From positions 255,787-319,786 of the forward strand of contig CAWJQQ010000003.1 in the NCBI GenBank assembly GCA_963845065.1: a stretch of DNA of 64,000 nucleotides. The letters run 5' to 3'. Source of the stretch: Nitrospirota bacterium. Lineage in GTDB: Bacteria; Nitrospirota; UBA9217. Below, in pieces: positions 21,486 to 32,820 of the stretch. How positions within the stretch are numbered: position 1 is the first letter of the stretch; each line of letters opens with the position of its first letter. A program made the position numbers and the translations under genes. Under the pieces are notes generated by a model, which worked only from the letters and a program-made list of their open reading frames with translations, made no database searches and was not told where the DNA came from.

Positions 21486-22028
21486 ATGTATCATGATGTG
21501 ATGATTGCGGGTTTCGGAGGCCAGGGTGTTCTCGTCGCGGGCAAATTGCTGGCATATGCCGGTATGCTTGAAGGTAAACATGTAACATGGTTCCCGTCCT
21601 ACGGGGCGGAGATCCGGGGGGGGACAGCCAACTGTACCGTAATTATATCAAATGATGACATCGGATCACCGGTGGTGCGAAATCCTTCAGCCATGCTCAT
21701 TTTTAACGAGGCATCCTACAAGAAGTTCGAGATAAGAATCAAGGAGGGCGGACAACTTTTTTTAAACACCTCCCTTGTCCATGCTGCACCATCGCGATCG
21801 GATATCTCCCGGATTGACGTCAAGGCCAATGATATAGCCGAAAACCTCGGTGATATACGCATAGCTAACATGGTTATGCTTGGTGCACTCCTGAAAAAAA
21901 CGGGCGTGGTTGCTCTTGATTCTGTACTTGCCGCACTTAAACAAGTGCTGCCAGCCCGGAGACATTCATTAATCCCCTTGAACGAAAATGCCCTCAGACG
22001 CGGTGCCGATGTATGCTGCACAAATTAA
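21486..22028 (+). CDS. 2-oxoacid:ferredoxin oxidoreductase gamma subunit
   Basis: AGFGGQG, PSYGAEIRGG, ANMVMLGA. Confidence 0.92.
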   Translation: MYHDVMIAGFGGQGVLVAGKLLAYAGMLEGKHVTWFPSYGAEIRGGTANCTVIISNDDIGSPVVRNPSAMLIFNEASYKKFEIRIKEGGQLFLNTSLVHAAPSRSDISRIDVKANDIAENLGDIRIANMVMLGALLKKTGVVALDSVLAALKQVLPARRHSLIPLNENALRRGADVCCTN

Positions 22029-22056
22029 TAGTGGAAACGGAATACCCCGCTCCTTG

Positions 22057-22154
22057 TAGGCTGTCCGACAATTCTAATTTTGGGAAATTTACGAACGTAA
22101 ATTCAATGATATACAAGGCCAGAAATCGTTATATTTCCATTATCGGACAACTTG
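22057..22154. mobile_element. MITE of the IS1182 element (98 bp) with a CTTG duplication
   Basis: Left TAGGCTGTCCGACAATTC, right CATTATCGGACAACTTG; CTTG at 22053-22056 and 22155-22158. Confidence 0.75.
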
Positions 22155-22487
22155 CTTGGTGCAGGTAAAATCACTCTCCAGTAGCGAGGCGACAGAGAAT
22201 GCCAGCTATCCTCAAAGGTCTGTCTCGCATGTAGTTTTGCAATCTTATCCTGAATTCACGTTCGCCCGGGAACTAACTCATATCAAGATACCAATAGCTA
22301 TGAGTCGTAGGCATGACATAAAAAAAAGGTTTCTGTAACATAATGGAAATTGTATGTAACAAGAAATATTTGTAACACTTATGAATGAAAGAAATGGCAT
22401 TGTTGACAACGCAGAAAGTATTACCTTGACTTTTAACCCTTGTTTTTGGTAGAATTTTTGCATCGGCTTGATAACACAAGAAAATCC

Positions 22488-24155
22488 ATGACAAAAGACA
22501 CCTCCGAAATAGCCAAATTAACGGAGCGCATTTCTAAAGACCCCAAGTCAAAACTTTTTGTGCCTCTTGCAGAGGAGTACAAAAAAATAGGGGACATTGA
22601 GATGGCGATCCATGTGCTTTCAGAGGGGCTTAAAATCAATCCGGGTTATCTGACAGCGCGATCATTCCTCGGTAGGCTTCTATTAGAACATGGAGATTTT
22701 GCAGCATCTCAAAGCGAATTTGAAGAGGTAGTAAAGGCGATTCCCGACAATTTACTTGCACATAGAAAATTGGGAGATCTGAATCTTCTGCAGAAGAGAT
22801 ATGAGGACGCGCTCAAACATTATAAGATTGTGCTCACGTTGAATCCTGGCGATGCAGAAATAGCTTCGATCATTTCAGAAATAGAGTCTGAAATGATTCC
22901 TAAGGCGAAGGTTGTGCAGCAGAAACCCCAGACTTCACTTGACCAGGAAACTCCGTCTCCTCCACATCTGTTGAAATCGTCAGCCGGGACGTCGCCGCCA
23001 TTGTCTCCGTTACCTAACGCTCTTGCCGCAGCAGAGGTAACAACGTCTGAGGCTTCGTCGGAAGGCTCGCCGGGTGTTTCTCCTTTACTGGCAGGAAACG
23101 AATCGACAGTGAAGAAGTCAGAGGCAGAGCAGATGAATGAATCAGTGCTGTTGAACGAACAGTTTCCAACCATGGCTCAACAATCGACCGCGCCGGTTGT
23201 GGATCAAGAAGAAGCCGAAGACGTATTTGTAGTTGAACCGATTGACGACGATAAAGCTCCCGTTCCAGCTCCAGCGGCTTCAGACATTGACGTCTTTTCG
23301 GAAAATGTTTTTGAAACAAATCCTGCAGAAGAACAGACAGATGCCATCCCGGCATCTTCTCGTACTGTTCTCGAAGAACAGGTCATTGAAGAGGCGAAAA
23401 CAGAGCAGACAATTATTCCTGATTCAAATGCATTGATCGGAGAAGGATCCGAACCAGTAATTCTTGGAGATGAACAATCGTTTGACCAAACGGGCACAGA
23501 TGATTTTACAACAGACACGCTTGCCGAGTTGTACATAGCTCAGGGGTTCTTTGAAAAAGCAATTGATATCTATCAGCGAATGCTAACAGACAATCCCAAC
23601 AGCCGCGGTCTCAAGGATAAACTGGAGCGTGTTAGGGCAAAGGCGGTAAGCACGTCAGAGGTAGAATTTACCAACGCAACGATAGACAAAACTGCGCCAG
23701 ATTCCACGGAAGAGAAGATATTGTTTGCAGAACCGAAAGAGTATGTGCCTCCTATCGAGGAGGGACAAGGAGAAGAAGTCACTATTAACTCGGAGCTATA
23801 CGTCGAGCCGAAGAATGATCTGACACAATCTCCTGAGCAAGCCAAAGATGCAGAAATTGCTTTTTTTGGAGAGCCTCAGGAATACCGGCCAGCGAATGAG
23901 CCGGAGGAATGGGCAGGCCCTCCGTCTGGATATAAGTCTGTCGATGAAATATTTATGCCTCCACAGGAAGAAACGCCCAAGACGATACCGAAGAATATTG
24001 ATTTCGAACCCAGTGAATATATCCCCCCTACGACCGAGCAACTGCCTAAAGAAGAGGGAACACCTCACACTCCACCGGCATCGGATATCGCAACGCACAA
24101 AGCGACAATCGACCGCCTGGAACATTGGCTGAGTAACATCAAAAAGGAGAAATAA
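22488..24155 (+). CDS. TPR protein with a long acidic Pro-rich linker and a C-terminal TPR
   Basis: N-terminal TPR helices, low-complexity E/P/S region, TDTLAELYIAQGFFEKAIDIY. Confidence 0.8.
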   Translation: MTKDTSEIAKLTERISKDPKSKLFVPLAEEYKKIGDIEMAIHVLSEGLKINPGYLTARSFLGRLLLEHGDFAASQSEFEEVVKAIPDNLLAHRKLGDLNLLQKRYEDALKHYKIVLTLNPGDAEIASIISEIESEMIPKAKVVQQKPQTSLDQETPSPPHLLKSSAGTSPPLSPLPNALAAAEVTTSEASSEGSPGVSPLLAGNESTVKKSEAEQMNESVLLNEQFPTMAQQSTAPVVDQEEAEDVFVVEPIDDDKAPVPAPAASDIDVFSENVFETNPAEEQTDAIPASSRTVLEEQVIEEAKTEQTIIPDSNALIGEGSEPVILGDEQSFDQTGTDDFTTDTLAELYIAQGFFEKAIDIYQRMLTDNPNSRGLKDKLERVRAKAVSTSEVEFTNATIDKTAPDSTEEKILFAEPKEYVPPIEEGQGEEVTINSELYVEPKNDLTQSPEQAKDAEIAFFGEPQEYRPANEPEEWAGPPSGYKSVDEIFMPPQEETPKTIPKNIDFEPSEYIPPTTEQLPKEEGTPHTPPASDIATHKATIDRLEHWLSNIKKEK

Positions 24156-24158
24156 GGA

Positions 24159-24515
24159 ATGTCCTTCATCGACATCTTGCAAGAGGTCGTGAATGGTACC
24201 GAAGGGGCGCTCGGTGCGCTCATTGTCGGTTTGGACGGCATCCCAGTCGAGGAATATTCCGTGAGCAACGATATGGATCTCCAGTCAATGACCGTAGAGT
24301 ATTCTTCGCTTCTCAAGGAAATTGAAAAAGGCTCGCAGGCGGCTCAGATGGGAACTACTAAAGAAGTGACGGTCATAACGGACAAGGCTATGATTATGCT
24401 CCGGAGATTGAATGACGAGTATTTTTTTGTTTTGATAATTAAACCGGAAGGAAATTTTGGAAAAGGAAGGTTCCTCCTCAGAATGTCAGTACCAAAACTA
24501 TTGCAAGAGTTTTGA
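24159..24515 (+). CDS. Roadblock/LC7 domain protein
   Basis: GALGALIVGLDGIPVE; GNFGKGRFLLR. Confidence 0.82.
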   Translation: MSFIDILQEVVNGTEGALGALIVGLDGIPVEEYSVSNDMDLQSMTVEYSSLLKEIEKGSQAAQMGTTKEVTVITDKAMIMLRRLNDEYFFVLIIKPEGNFGKGRFLLRMSVPKLLQEF

Positions 24516-24583
24516 TATAAATGTTTATTTTTGTTAGTATGGGAAACTGCCTCAGGCAGTTTTTTATTTTCTATGGGGGTTTC

Positions 24584-25036
24584 ATGAAAATCCTTGTTGT
24601 GAACGGGCCCAACCTGAATCTCCTCGGAAAGCGTGAACCCGATATCTACGGGTCTGTGACACTCGATGACATTAATGGGAGGATCACTGCCTTAGCCGCA
24701 GAATTTAACGTAGAGGTAGCCTTTTTCCAGTCGAACCATGAAGGAGAACTGGTTCAACGAATCCAGGATGCCATGGGCATATACCAGGCCCTCGTGATTA
24801 ACCCGGGAGCCTATACACATACAAGTGTTGCTCTGCGTGATGCTATCTCCTCGACAGGCATCCCGACGGTAGAAACACATATTTCCAATATTTACAAACG
24901 TGAAGAATTCCGAAGACATTCCTTTATCTCAGATGTGGCTGCTGGTCAGATCACTGGGTTTGGACCGGATAGCTATCTTCTTGCTTTTCGAGCCGCAGTA
25001 GGACTAGTTACGGCAGGCGGAAAGAGCGAGAAATGA
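24584..25036 (+). CDS. aroQ: Type II 3-dehydroquinate dehydratase
   Basis: [42 protein letters not shown]. Confidence 0.96.
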   Translation: MKILVVNGPNLNLLGKREPDIYGSVTLDDINGRITALAAEFNVEVAFFQSNHEGELVQRIQDAMGIYQALVINPGAYTHTSVALRDAISSTGIPTVETHISNIYKREEFRRHSFISDVAAGQITGFGPDSYLLAFRAAVGLVTAGGKSEK

Positions 25037-26115
25037 TACGATCGGCGCAAACGCGAATTTCCCGGCTCAGACAGCTCATGAAATCAGGCAACATTGAAGC
25101 GTTGCTCGTAACGCGCCGTGAGGACGTACGTTACCTAAGCGGTTTTACCGGTTCAGCGGGTTCTCTCCTGGTCGGAGCAGGTAAGCCATGCCTTATAACC
25201 GATTTCCGCTACAAGCTCCAGGCAACTAAAGAGACTTCAGGCATTGAGGTAGTGATACAAAAGAAAGATTTTTTTTCCGCCCTTCGTGATACGTCGTTCG
25301 ATCATGGAATAAAGACCCTCTGGTTCGAAGAATCAGCAATAACGGTTGAAGAACTGAAAAAATTGAGAAAGCTTGGGCTCAACGTTCATGGGCATCGGGA
25401 AATGCTCAGGCACTTGAGAATGCGTAAGGACCGGGAGGAACTGATATCTCTTCGCAAAGCCATCCGTCGTGCAGAAAGCTCATTTCTAGAATTGATGCGA
25501 TACATTAAACCGGGAGTTACGGAGCGGGAGCTGGGGCTCACACTCGAATTCCTGATGCGTGAAAAAGGCGCGCGTAAGGCGGCATTTGATACAATCGTGG
25601 CCTCAGGAGAGAATGGTGCCATGCCCCATGCATCAGTGTCGAACCGTCGCCTAAGGAAGGGCGATCTCGTTACAATCGACTTCGGCGCTGAGGCAGACGG
25701 ATATTACTGCGATATCACACGGACGCTCAGTGTAAGCAAACCAACGGCACGACAGAAAGAAATTCATCAACTGGTTTTGCAAGCCCAGGAGGCTGCGGTG
25801 CAGTCTATCCACCCAGGAATAAGCTGTAAGACCGTCGACGCCGTTGCTCGCGAAATAATTTCAAGAGCTGGCCATGGTGCCCATTTTGGTCATGGGACGG
25901 GCCACGGCATCGGCTTGATGGTACATGAGGGACCTTCAGTGTCTCCTCTTTCAAAAGACCAGGTCGAGCAGGACACCGTATTTACTGTGGAGCCGGGTGT
26001 GTACATTCCAGGTTGGGGAGGGGTTAGGATCGAAGACATGGTTCTCGTAACGGAGCAGAGCAAGAAAGTGCTTACTTCGTTGCCGAGAGAACTAGAGATT
26101 TTAAAGAAGCTATGA
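25033..26115 (+). CDS. Xaa-Pro aminopeptidase (M24 family)
   Basis: [42 protein letters not shown]. Confidence 0.93.
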   Translation: MIRSAQTRISRLRQLMKSGNIEALLVTRREDVRYLSGFTGSAGSLLVGAGKPCLITDFRYKLQATKETSGIEVVIQKKDFFSALRDTSFDHGIKTLWFEESAITVEELKKLRKLGLNVHGHREMLRHLRMRKDREELISLRKAIRRAESSFLELMRYIKPGVTERELGLTLEFLMREKGARKAAFDTIVASGENGAMPHASVSNRRLRKGDLVTIDFGAEADGYYCDITRTLSVSKPTARQKEIHQLVLQAQEAAVQSIHPGISCKTVDAVAREIISRAGHGAHFGHGTGHGIGLMVHEGPSVSPLSKDQVEQDTVFTVEPGVYIPGWGGVRIEDMVLVTEQSKKVLTSLPRELEILKKL

Positions 26116-26224
26116 TGTCTCACTGTGTCCATTATATCTATACATGTAGATTCATGCGTTGAGCCCATGAATGATATAAGTTGCAAAATATTTTGTTTAG
26201 AATAAGGAAAGGGAGGTAGTTGAA

Positions 26225-26791
26225 GTGCCGGTATCAACAACTGAATTCAGAAATGGTTTAAAGATCGAAATAGATGGAGAGCCTTATGTAATAGTTGATT
26301 TCCAACATGTGAAGCCCGGCAAGGGTGGGGCTTTCGTGCGAACGAAGATAAAAAGCCTCAAGTCGGGCAACGTGATAGACAGGACATATCGGTCGGGAGA
26401 AAAAGTAGATATCCCTGAACTTGAGGAAAAAAATATGCAATATCTATATGCAGCGGACAAGGATCGCGTGTTTATGGACACTGCGAACTATGAGCAAGTT
26501 TCCCTGAATGAAAAGCAGCTGGGTGATAGCATCAGTTATCTCAAGGAAAATATGGAAATCAAGGTCCTCTTCCACAAGGGACAACCGATTAATGTCGATA
26601 TTCCTATGTTCGTGGAACTCGCGATTGCAAAGACTGACCCCGGTGTGCGAGGCGACACGGCCTCGGGAGGTTCCAAACCCGCGACTATGGAAACCGGCGC
26701 GGTCGTCAAGGTCCCGTTTTATCTAAATGAGGGAGATGTCATAAAGATCGATACTCGTACAGGTACCTTTATTGAACGAGTTAAAAAGTAG
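26225..26791 (+). CDS. efp: Elongation factor P
   Basis: [26 protein letters not shown]. Confidence 0.97.
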   Translation: MPVSTTEFRNGLKIEIDGEPYVIVDFQHVKPGKGGAFVRTKIKSLKSGNVIDRTYRSGEKVDIPELEEKNMQYLYAADKDRVFMDTANYEQVSLNEKQLGDSISYLKENMEIKVLFHKGQPINVDIPMFVELAIAKTDPGVRGDTASGGSKPATMETGAVVKVPFYLNEGDVIKIDTRTGTFIERVKK

Positions 26792-26829
26792 CTCCGTTCT
26801 TTCATCATCGTTACATTGAAGGAGTAATT

Positions 26830-27303
26830 ATGAACCTTAAAGAACTTAAGGAACTAATCGAGATGTTGAAGGATACGGACGTCTCTGAGTTAGAAATAGA
26901 ACGTTCCGGGGTGAAAGTGAGGATCCGGAAAGGCGGGGATGTTACCTACCATCCGACAATGCCCCGCATGGATTATCCCCCTCACGCCATCGTTGCTCCT
27001 GCCGTTGTTGAAACATCGGCTGCACAGGCAGAACAGCGCGAGGTCGAGTCTGTGAAGACGAACCAGATTAAAGTAACTGCGCCAATTGTCGGTACGTTCT
27101 ACCGGTCGAGTTCTCCGGACAAGCCACCCTATGTGGAAGTCGGCGATGACGTCAAGAAGGGGCAGGTGCTTTGCATCATCGAAGCCATGAAACTGATGAA
27201 TGAGATCGAGTCGGAAACAGCCGGGAAGATCGTTCAAGTCGTCGTCGAGAACGGAACACCGGTGGAGTACGGACAGCCTCTTTTTATAATTGAACCGATG
27301 TAA
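26830..27303 (+). CDS. accB: Acetyl-CoA carboxylase biotin carboxyl carrier protein
   Basis: [21 protein letters not shown] biotinylation motif. Confidence 0.97.
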   Translation: MNLKELKELIEMLKDTDVSELEIERSGVKVRIRKGGDVTYHPTMPRMDYPPHAIVAPAVVETSAAQAEQREVESVKTNQIKVTAPIVGTFYRSSSPDKPPYVEVGDDVKKGQVLCIIEAMKLMNEIESETAGKIVQVVVENGTPVEYGQPLFIIEPM

Positions 27304-27360
27304 AACGTCACGGATACCTTGAGAACTATCACTTGAAAATATTGCGCACGAGGTGTTTGC

Positions 27361-28707
27361 GTGTTTAAAAAGATATTGATCGCGAATCGCGGTGAAATAG
27401 CGCTTCGAATTATACGGGCATGCAAGGAAATGAACATAAAGACGGTTGCTGTTCATTCTACTGCGGATGCTGATTCGCTCCATGTTCGCTTTGCCGATGA
27501 AAGTGTATGCATCGGACCGCCAAAAAGCGCAGATAGCTACCTGAATGTCCCGAGTATAATCAGTGCGGCGGAAATAACCGATGCTGAAGCCATTCACCCT
27601 GGGTACGGCTTCCTAGCTGAGAATTCCAGCTTCGCAGAGATCTGCGGTTCTACCGGGATACGGTTCATCGGACCAAGTCCTGAGAGCATAAAACTCATGG
27701 GAGACAAGGCTAAGGCACGTGAAACGGCAAAAAAAGCCGGCGTGCCTGTGTTACCCGGCAGCGACGGCGTGGTAACAGAAGAAAGCAGCGCTCTCGAGAT
27801 TGCTCGCGAACTCGGGTTTCCAGTAATCGTCAAAGCGTCCGCCGGCGGCGGAGGCAAGGGCATGCGTGTCGTCATGGATGAAGCCGAGTTTGCCAACGCA
27901 TTTGTCATGGCACAGACAGAGGCGCTTGCAGCGTTCAGCGATGCTGACGTCTACATAGAAAAATACCTCCTAAAGCCTCGTCATATCGAAATCCAACTCA
28001 TGGCTGATGATAAGGGCAACGCCGTCTATCTCGGCGAAAGAGAATGCTCAATCCAGCGCCGTCATCAGAAACTTATTGAAGAAGCGCCGTCGGTCATTGT
28101 CGATGCAAGTTTGCGCAAAACTATGGGTGAGATGGCCGTTGCTATAGCAAAAAAGGTGAAGTATCGAAATGCGGGGACTGTCGAGTTTTTAATAGACGAA
28201 AATATGAAATATTACTTCATGGAAATGAATACCCGCATCCAGGTGGAACACCCGGTGACCGAGATGGTAACCGGTCTGGATCTCGTGAAAGAACAGATCC
28301 GCGTGGCATTCGGGTTGCCGCTTTTGTTCACCCAGGACCAGATAAGGATCAAAGGGCATAGCATCGAATGCCGCATAAACGCAGAAGATCCGGAGAAATT
28401 TACTCCATCGCCGGGGACGTTGACCACATTCAACCCTCCAGGAGGCCTCGGCGTCAGGGTCGACACAGCGGCATACAACAAATACGTCATCCCTCCCTAT
28501 TATGATTCAATGATAGCAAAGCTCATCGTACATGCAGAAACTCGCGATGAAGCTATTCTGCGCATGCTGCGAGCCCTTGACGAGTTCATTATCGAGGGTG
28601 TAAAAACGACGATACCCGTGCATAAAAAGATTCTTTCTGACCCTGATTTCCGGGAGGGTAATATTTCCACGAATTTCATGGAGAGGTATAGCAATCGGGA
28701 CGCATGA
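27361..28707 (+). CDS. accC: Biotin carboxylase
   Basis: [43 protein letters not shown]. Confidence 0.97.
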   Translation: MFKKILIANRGEIALRIIRACKEMNIKTVAVHSTADADSLHVRFADESVCIGPPKSADSYLNVPSIISAAEITDAEAIHPGYGFLAENSSFAEICGSTGIRFIGPSPESIKLMGDKAKARETAKKAGVPVLPGSDGVVTEESSALEIARELGFPVIVKASAGGGGKGMRVVMDEAEFANAFVMAQTEALAAFSDADVYIEKYLLKPRHIEIQLMADDKGNAVYLGERECSIQRRHQKLIEEAPSVIVDASLRKTMGEMAVAIAKKVKYRNAGTVEFLIDENMKYYFMEMNTRIQVEHPVTEMVTGLDLVKEQIRVAFGLPLLFTQDQIRIKGHSIECRINAEDPEKFTPSPGTLTTFNPPGGLGVRVDTAAYNKYVIPPYYDSMIAKLIVHAETRDEAILRMLRALDEFIIEGVKTTIPVHKKILSDPDFREGNISTNFMERYSNRDA

Positions 28708-29341
28708 TCTCAAAGGGCTTTGCCTAATTCTTGATCAGGACATACTACGCTTAAGCCCCGAGGAGGCAATGTCCCGATCATGCATTGCAGGTGTCAGGTT
28801 TTTTCAGTACCGCAACAAAACAGGATCAAAAAAATCAGTGTATGAAACATCATTAAGACTGGCCAAAATAGCCCACGAGATCAATGCGACGTTCATCGTA
28901 AATGACCACGCTGACATCGCACTGGCTGTCGGTGCGGATGGTGTGCATCTGGGACAGGACGACCTTCCGATTGAGCAAGCTCGAAATCTTATTGGCACAA
29001 AAAAATTGATCGGCATTTCGACGCACAGCGTTAAACAGGCGTTGGAAGCGGAACACCAGGGAGCGGATTATATCGGTTTTGGGCCCATTTTCCATACAAC
29101 CACGAAAGATGCAGGAACTATTCAGGGGATTGCAGGCCTGGCAGTCATCAGAAAATCGGTTACAATACCGATCATAGCCATTGGTGGTATCAACCAGGAG
29201 ACTGTCGCGGATGTTATCAGTGTCGGGGCAGACTGCGTGGCTATAATAGGCGCAATTCTCACTGCGGAAGATTTGACTGAAGCAGCAACTGCAATGATGA
29301 AAATAATAGATGATGTTTCACTCTCAGGAGGGAAACGATGA
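28703..29341 (+). CDS. thiE: Thiamine phosphate synthase (start unresolved; first in-frame ATG at 28769)
   Basis: [38 protein letters not shown]; in-frame LKGLCLILD lies upstream of 28769. Confidence 0.88.
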   Translation, partial: HDLKGLCLILDQDILRLSPEEAMSRSCIAGVRFFQYRNKTGSKKSVYETSLRLAKIAHEINATFIVNDHADIALAVGADGVHLGQDDLPIEQARNLIGTKKLIGISTHSVKQALEAEHQGADYIGFGPIFHTTTKDAGTIQGIAGLAVIRKSVTIPIIAIGGINQETVADVISVGADCVAIIGAILTAEDLTEAATAMMKIIDDVSLSGGKR

Positions 29342-30432
29342 AAAAAGTTCTCTTTATAATCCTAATAGTGATACTTGCTGGATGTACCCATCAGGATGAG
29401 AACGTGATTAAAATCGGTGCAGCAGGACCTATGACGGGAGATCAGAGCAAAATGGGGGTTGACCTCAGGAATGCCGTTGAACTCGCGGTAGATGAATGGA
29501 ACATGCGAGGCGGCGTTCTGGGGAAAAAGATCGTCATGTTAGCTGGCGATGATCAGGCAGATCCCAAACAGGCTGTTTCTATGGCGAATAAGTTCATTAA
29601 TCAAAAGGCCGTTGCCGTGGTTGGCCACTGGAATTCAAGTTGTTCTATTCCGGCGTCGAAATACTATAACGATGCAAATATAGTCATGATATCGCCGGCG
29701 ACCACGAACCCACAGCTTACGCTTCAGGGTTTCAAAAAAGTTTTTCGTGTCTGCGGAACCGATGACCAGCAGGGCCGAGTTGCCGCAGAATTCCTTCTGA
29801 CCAGGCTCCATCCCAAACGAGTGGCGATCATTCATGACAAAACTGCTTACGGCCAGGGACTGGCGGATTATTTTAAAAAGGCGCTGGGTGAGAAAGTACA
29901 GGTGGTCTATTTCGGCGGTATTGTTCAGCGAGATCCTGATTATAAGGCTGTGTTAACTACGATCGAAATGCACAAACCGGATGTGTATTTCTTCGGCGGT
30001 ATCTATCCCGAAGCTGGAAGGCTCGTGCGTCAGGCAAAGGAGATCGGAATGACTATCCCGATGGTAACCGGCGACGGGGTCTTCGACCCCACTTTCATCA
30101 GTATTGCAGGTAAGGCCGCTGAGGGGACGTATGTCACCTTCGGGAAAGAACCGGCCGGACTTTCAACGGCAAAGTCCTTTATGGAAAAATACAAGGCCAA
30201 GTATGGGGACCCAGGACCTTATTCTATATACGCCTATGATGCGGCTAATATTATTCTATCGTCAATTGCAGAGACCAAATGCACTGACGGTGAAAAACTT
30301 GCCGATTACATTTCAAAGACTACCTTTCATGGGGCGTTCGGCGATATATCGTTCGATAAGAACGGTGATGTGACCAAGGCGCCTTATGTGATCTGGCAGG
30401 TAAAAGACGGAAAATTTACAGAAGTAAAATGA
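29338..30432 (+). CDS. Branched-chain amino acid ABC transporter substrate-binding lipoprotein (LivK/LivJ-like)
   Basis: Lipobox LAGC; DDQADPKQA, GHWNSSCSIPA, DKTAYGQGLA. Confidence 0.9.
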   Translation: MKKVLFIILIVILAGCTHQDENVIKIGAAGPMTGDQSKMGVDLRNAVELAVDEWNMRGGVLGKKIVMLAGDDQADPKQAVSMANKFINQKAVAVVGHWNSSCSIPASKYYNDANIVMISPATTNPQLTLQGFKKVFRVCGTDDQQGRVAAEFLLTRLHPKRVAIIHDKTAYGQGLADYFKKALGEKVQVVYFGGIVQRDPDYKAVLTTIEMHKPDVYFFGGIYPEAGRLVRQAKEIGMTIPMVTGDGVFDPTFISIAGKAAEGTYVTFGKEPAGLSTAKSFMEKYKAKYGDPGPYSIYAYDAANIILSSIAETKCTDGEKLADYISKTTFHGAFGDISFDKNGDVTKAPYVIWQVKDGKFTEVK

Positions 30433-30553
30433 TCTACGGTTGCGGCTTTCGCTAATGTACGATTGCGAAATTAGTGAAGCAATTTGGTTGTTGTTTTATC
30501 AGGATGACGATTTTAACAGATGCTCTGAATACATCTGCATCATGGCTTAAATT

Positions 30554-31456
30554 ATGTTCACTCAACAACTCATAAATGGTCTGGCCCTCGGCTCAGTATA
30601 TGCGCTTATCGCGCTCGGATATACCATGGTTTACGGCATTCTGCAGCTTATAAACTTCGCCCACGGTGAGGTCTATATGCTCGGCGCCTACCTTGGTATT
30701 ATCGTGCTAGGTATATTGACCCATGTGGGGCTGACGGCCTACAGTCTCCCCCTTTCGCTTCTGGCCACCTTTCTCATAGCAATGGCATTTTGCGCGGCTT
30801 ACGGAGCCATGATCGAGCGCGTGGCATACCGTCCTATCAGAAACGCCTCAAAGCTAGCACCTCTTATCAGCGCGGTAGGCACGTCGATTTTTCTCCAGAA
30901 TTTCGTCATGCTCAGCCAGGGCAAGGAATACAAGAACCTTCCACCCATACTACCTGCGGCTGGTTTTTCCTTACTTGGGGCCAATGTATCTCCTGCGCAG
31001 ATATTCATTCTGATTGCCTCCGTTATCATCATGGCCGGACTTCAACTTTTCGTCTCGAAAACAAGATTAGGGAAAGCTATGCGCGCGACGTCCCAGGACC
31101 GTGTTATGGCAGGCCTTGTTGGTATCAATATTAATCAGGTAATATCTATCACCTTTATGATCGGTTCAGCTCTTGCAGCCGTGGCTGGCGTCATGGTGAC
31201 GCTTTATTACGGAGTTGTACACTTTTTCATGGGATACCTGGCCGGCATTAAAGCATTTACTGCAGCTGTGCTTGGCGGGATTGGCAGCATACCCGGCGCG
31301 ATGCTTGGTGGATTCATGCTCGGGCTGATTGAAAACTTTGGAGCGAGTTACATCTCGAGCGTTTATAAAGATGCCTTTGCCTTTCTCGTACTGATCATTG
31401 TGCTCATTATCCGTCCTGCCGGTTTACTGGGGCAAAAGTCCGTCGATAAAGTTTGA
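30554..31456 (+). CDS. livH: Branched-chain amino acid ABC transporter permease
   Basis: QQLINGLALGSVYALIALGYTMVYG, INFAHGE, KAFTAAVLGGIGSIPGA. Confidence 0.92.
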   Translation: MFTQQLINGLALGSVYALIALGYTMVYGILQLINFAHGEVYMLGAYLGIIVLGILTHVGLTAYSLPLSLLATFLIAMAFCAAYGAMIERVAYRPIRNASKLAPLISAVGTSIFLQNFVMLSQGKEYKNLPPILPAAGFSLLGANVSPAQIFILIASVIIMAGLQLFVSKTRLGKAMRATSQDRVMAGLVGININQVISITFMIGSALAAVAGVMVTLYYGVVHFFMGYLAGIKAFTAAVLGGIGSIPGAMLGGFMLGLIENFGASYISSVYKDAFAFLVLIIVLIIRPAGLLGQKSVDKV

Positions 31457-31464
31457 TTTTTCGG

Positions 31465-32788
31465 CAGCGTTGTCCGGTTAGCAAATTGCATTCAAAGGAG
31501 ACAATAAAAAAGCATAACATTCTAATGTTCGGTCGCTATTAACTTGACATTTAGAAAAACGTGCACAGAAAAAATTTTCGTAAATACCTTTAACTGCAAG
31601 GAGTTACGAAAATGCCCTATGTGCTCGATCCGAAGAACAAATCAGGCAAACGACCATCATTCAGCCTTCTGCTTCAACCGCTGGAAGCGCCGTTAAGCGA
31701 CATCACGCTACTTAAGGCACGAGGAAACAGGCCGCTACAAATGGAATTTGAAGATCAGCTTCATGCGCTCATTTACTTTCACCTTGAGGAACACACTTCA
31801 GGTCGTCACCTGTTGCAAGTCCTCAAGGAAGATGATTTTGCCCGACAGACGATTGCGCCGAAATCCGGTATTAATAAAAGCAGTTTTTTCGAGGCCATTA
31901 ATTCAAGAGGCCTTGATCAACTTATGGAATTATATTTGGCACTCCAAGCCAAAGCCACCAAGCTGCTTCCGACTGAATACGGCAATCTCGGCGACCTTAT
32001 CGCCGTTGATGGATCTTTGATAGATGCAGTCCTTTCCATGCACTGGGCCGATTATCGGGGCGGCTCAAAAAAAGCCAAGACGCATATAGGCTTCGATATC
32101 AATCGTGGTATTCCGACGAAGATATTTTTGACCCACGGCAAAGGAGATGAACGCCCTTTTGTAAGCCAGATTATTTCTCCGGGTCAGACCAGTGTTCTGG
32201 ATCGTTACTATCAGCGGCATAAGAGCTTCGATCAGTGGCAGATTGAGAGAAAATATTTTGTCTGCCGGATCAAAGAAAACACAACGATTACTATTATCAA
32301 GGCCAATACCGTTAAGCCAGGAAGCATTGTTTTCTATGACGCCGTTGTCCTGCTCGGGACCAAAGGCGTGAATCAAACGGAAAAAGAACTCCGTGTAGTC
32401 GCCTATCGTGTCGCGAATAAAGAATACTGGGTTGCTACCGATCGGTACGATCTTTCAGCCGAGGAGGTAGCGCTGGTTTACAAGCTCCGATGGAACATAG
32501 AAACCTTCTTCGGCTGGTGGAAACGCCATTTGAAGGTCTATCACTTGATTGCAAGAAGCAAGCATGGTCTCATGGTCCAAATACTGGGAGGCCTCATCAC
32601 CTACCTGCTTCTCGCTATTTATTGCCACGAACAGCACAATGAGAAAGTCAGTATAAAAAGGGTCAGAGAGCTACGCTGCAAAATCAAAAATGAATCTACT
32701 GAGTTTGAGAACGTGCCGCCTGACCGTGACTGCTATAAAATGTCCGGAGAAGGCATTCTCCATGCAAAAACGTAACCGGACATTACTG
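31465..32788 (+). mobile_element. IS4-family insertion sequence (1324 bp)
   Basis: TIRs CAGCGTTGTCCGGTTA / TAACCGGACATTACTG; 9-bp target duplication ATTTTTCGG at 31456-31464 and 32789-32797. Confidence 0.92.
31612..32775 (+). CDS. IS4-family DDE transposase, intact
   Basis: AVDGS, LDRYY, YKLRWNIETFF (YREK-like motif). Confidence 0.92.
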   Translation: MPYVLDPKNKSGKRPSFSLLLQPLEAPLSDITLLKARGNRPLQMEFEDQLHALIYFHLEEHTSGRHLLQVLKEDDFARQTIAPKSGINKSSFFEAINSRGLDQLMELYLALQAKATKLLPTEYGNLGDLIAVDGSLIDAVLSMHWADYRGGSKKAKTHIGFDINRGIPTKIFLTHGKGDERPFVSQIISPGQTSVLDRYYQRHKSFDQWQIERKYFVCRIKENTTITIIKANTVKPGSIVFYDAVVLLGTKGVNQTEKELRVVAYRVANKEYWVATDRYDLSAEEVALVYKLRWNIETFFGWWKRHLKVYHLIARSKHGLMVQILGGLITYLLLAIYCHEQHNEKVSIKRVRELRCKIKNESTEFENVPPDRDCYKMSGEGILHAKT

Positions 32789-32820
32789 ATTTTTCGGCCA
32801 GCTTATTAGGGGAGGTTTTT

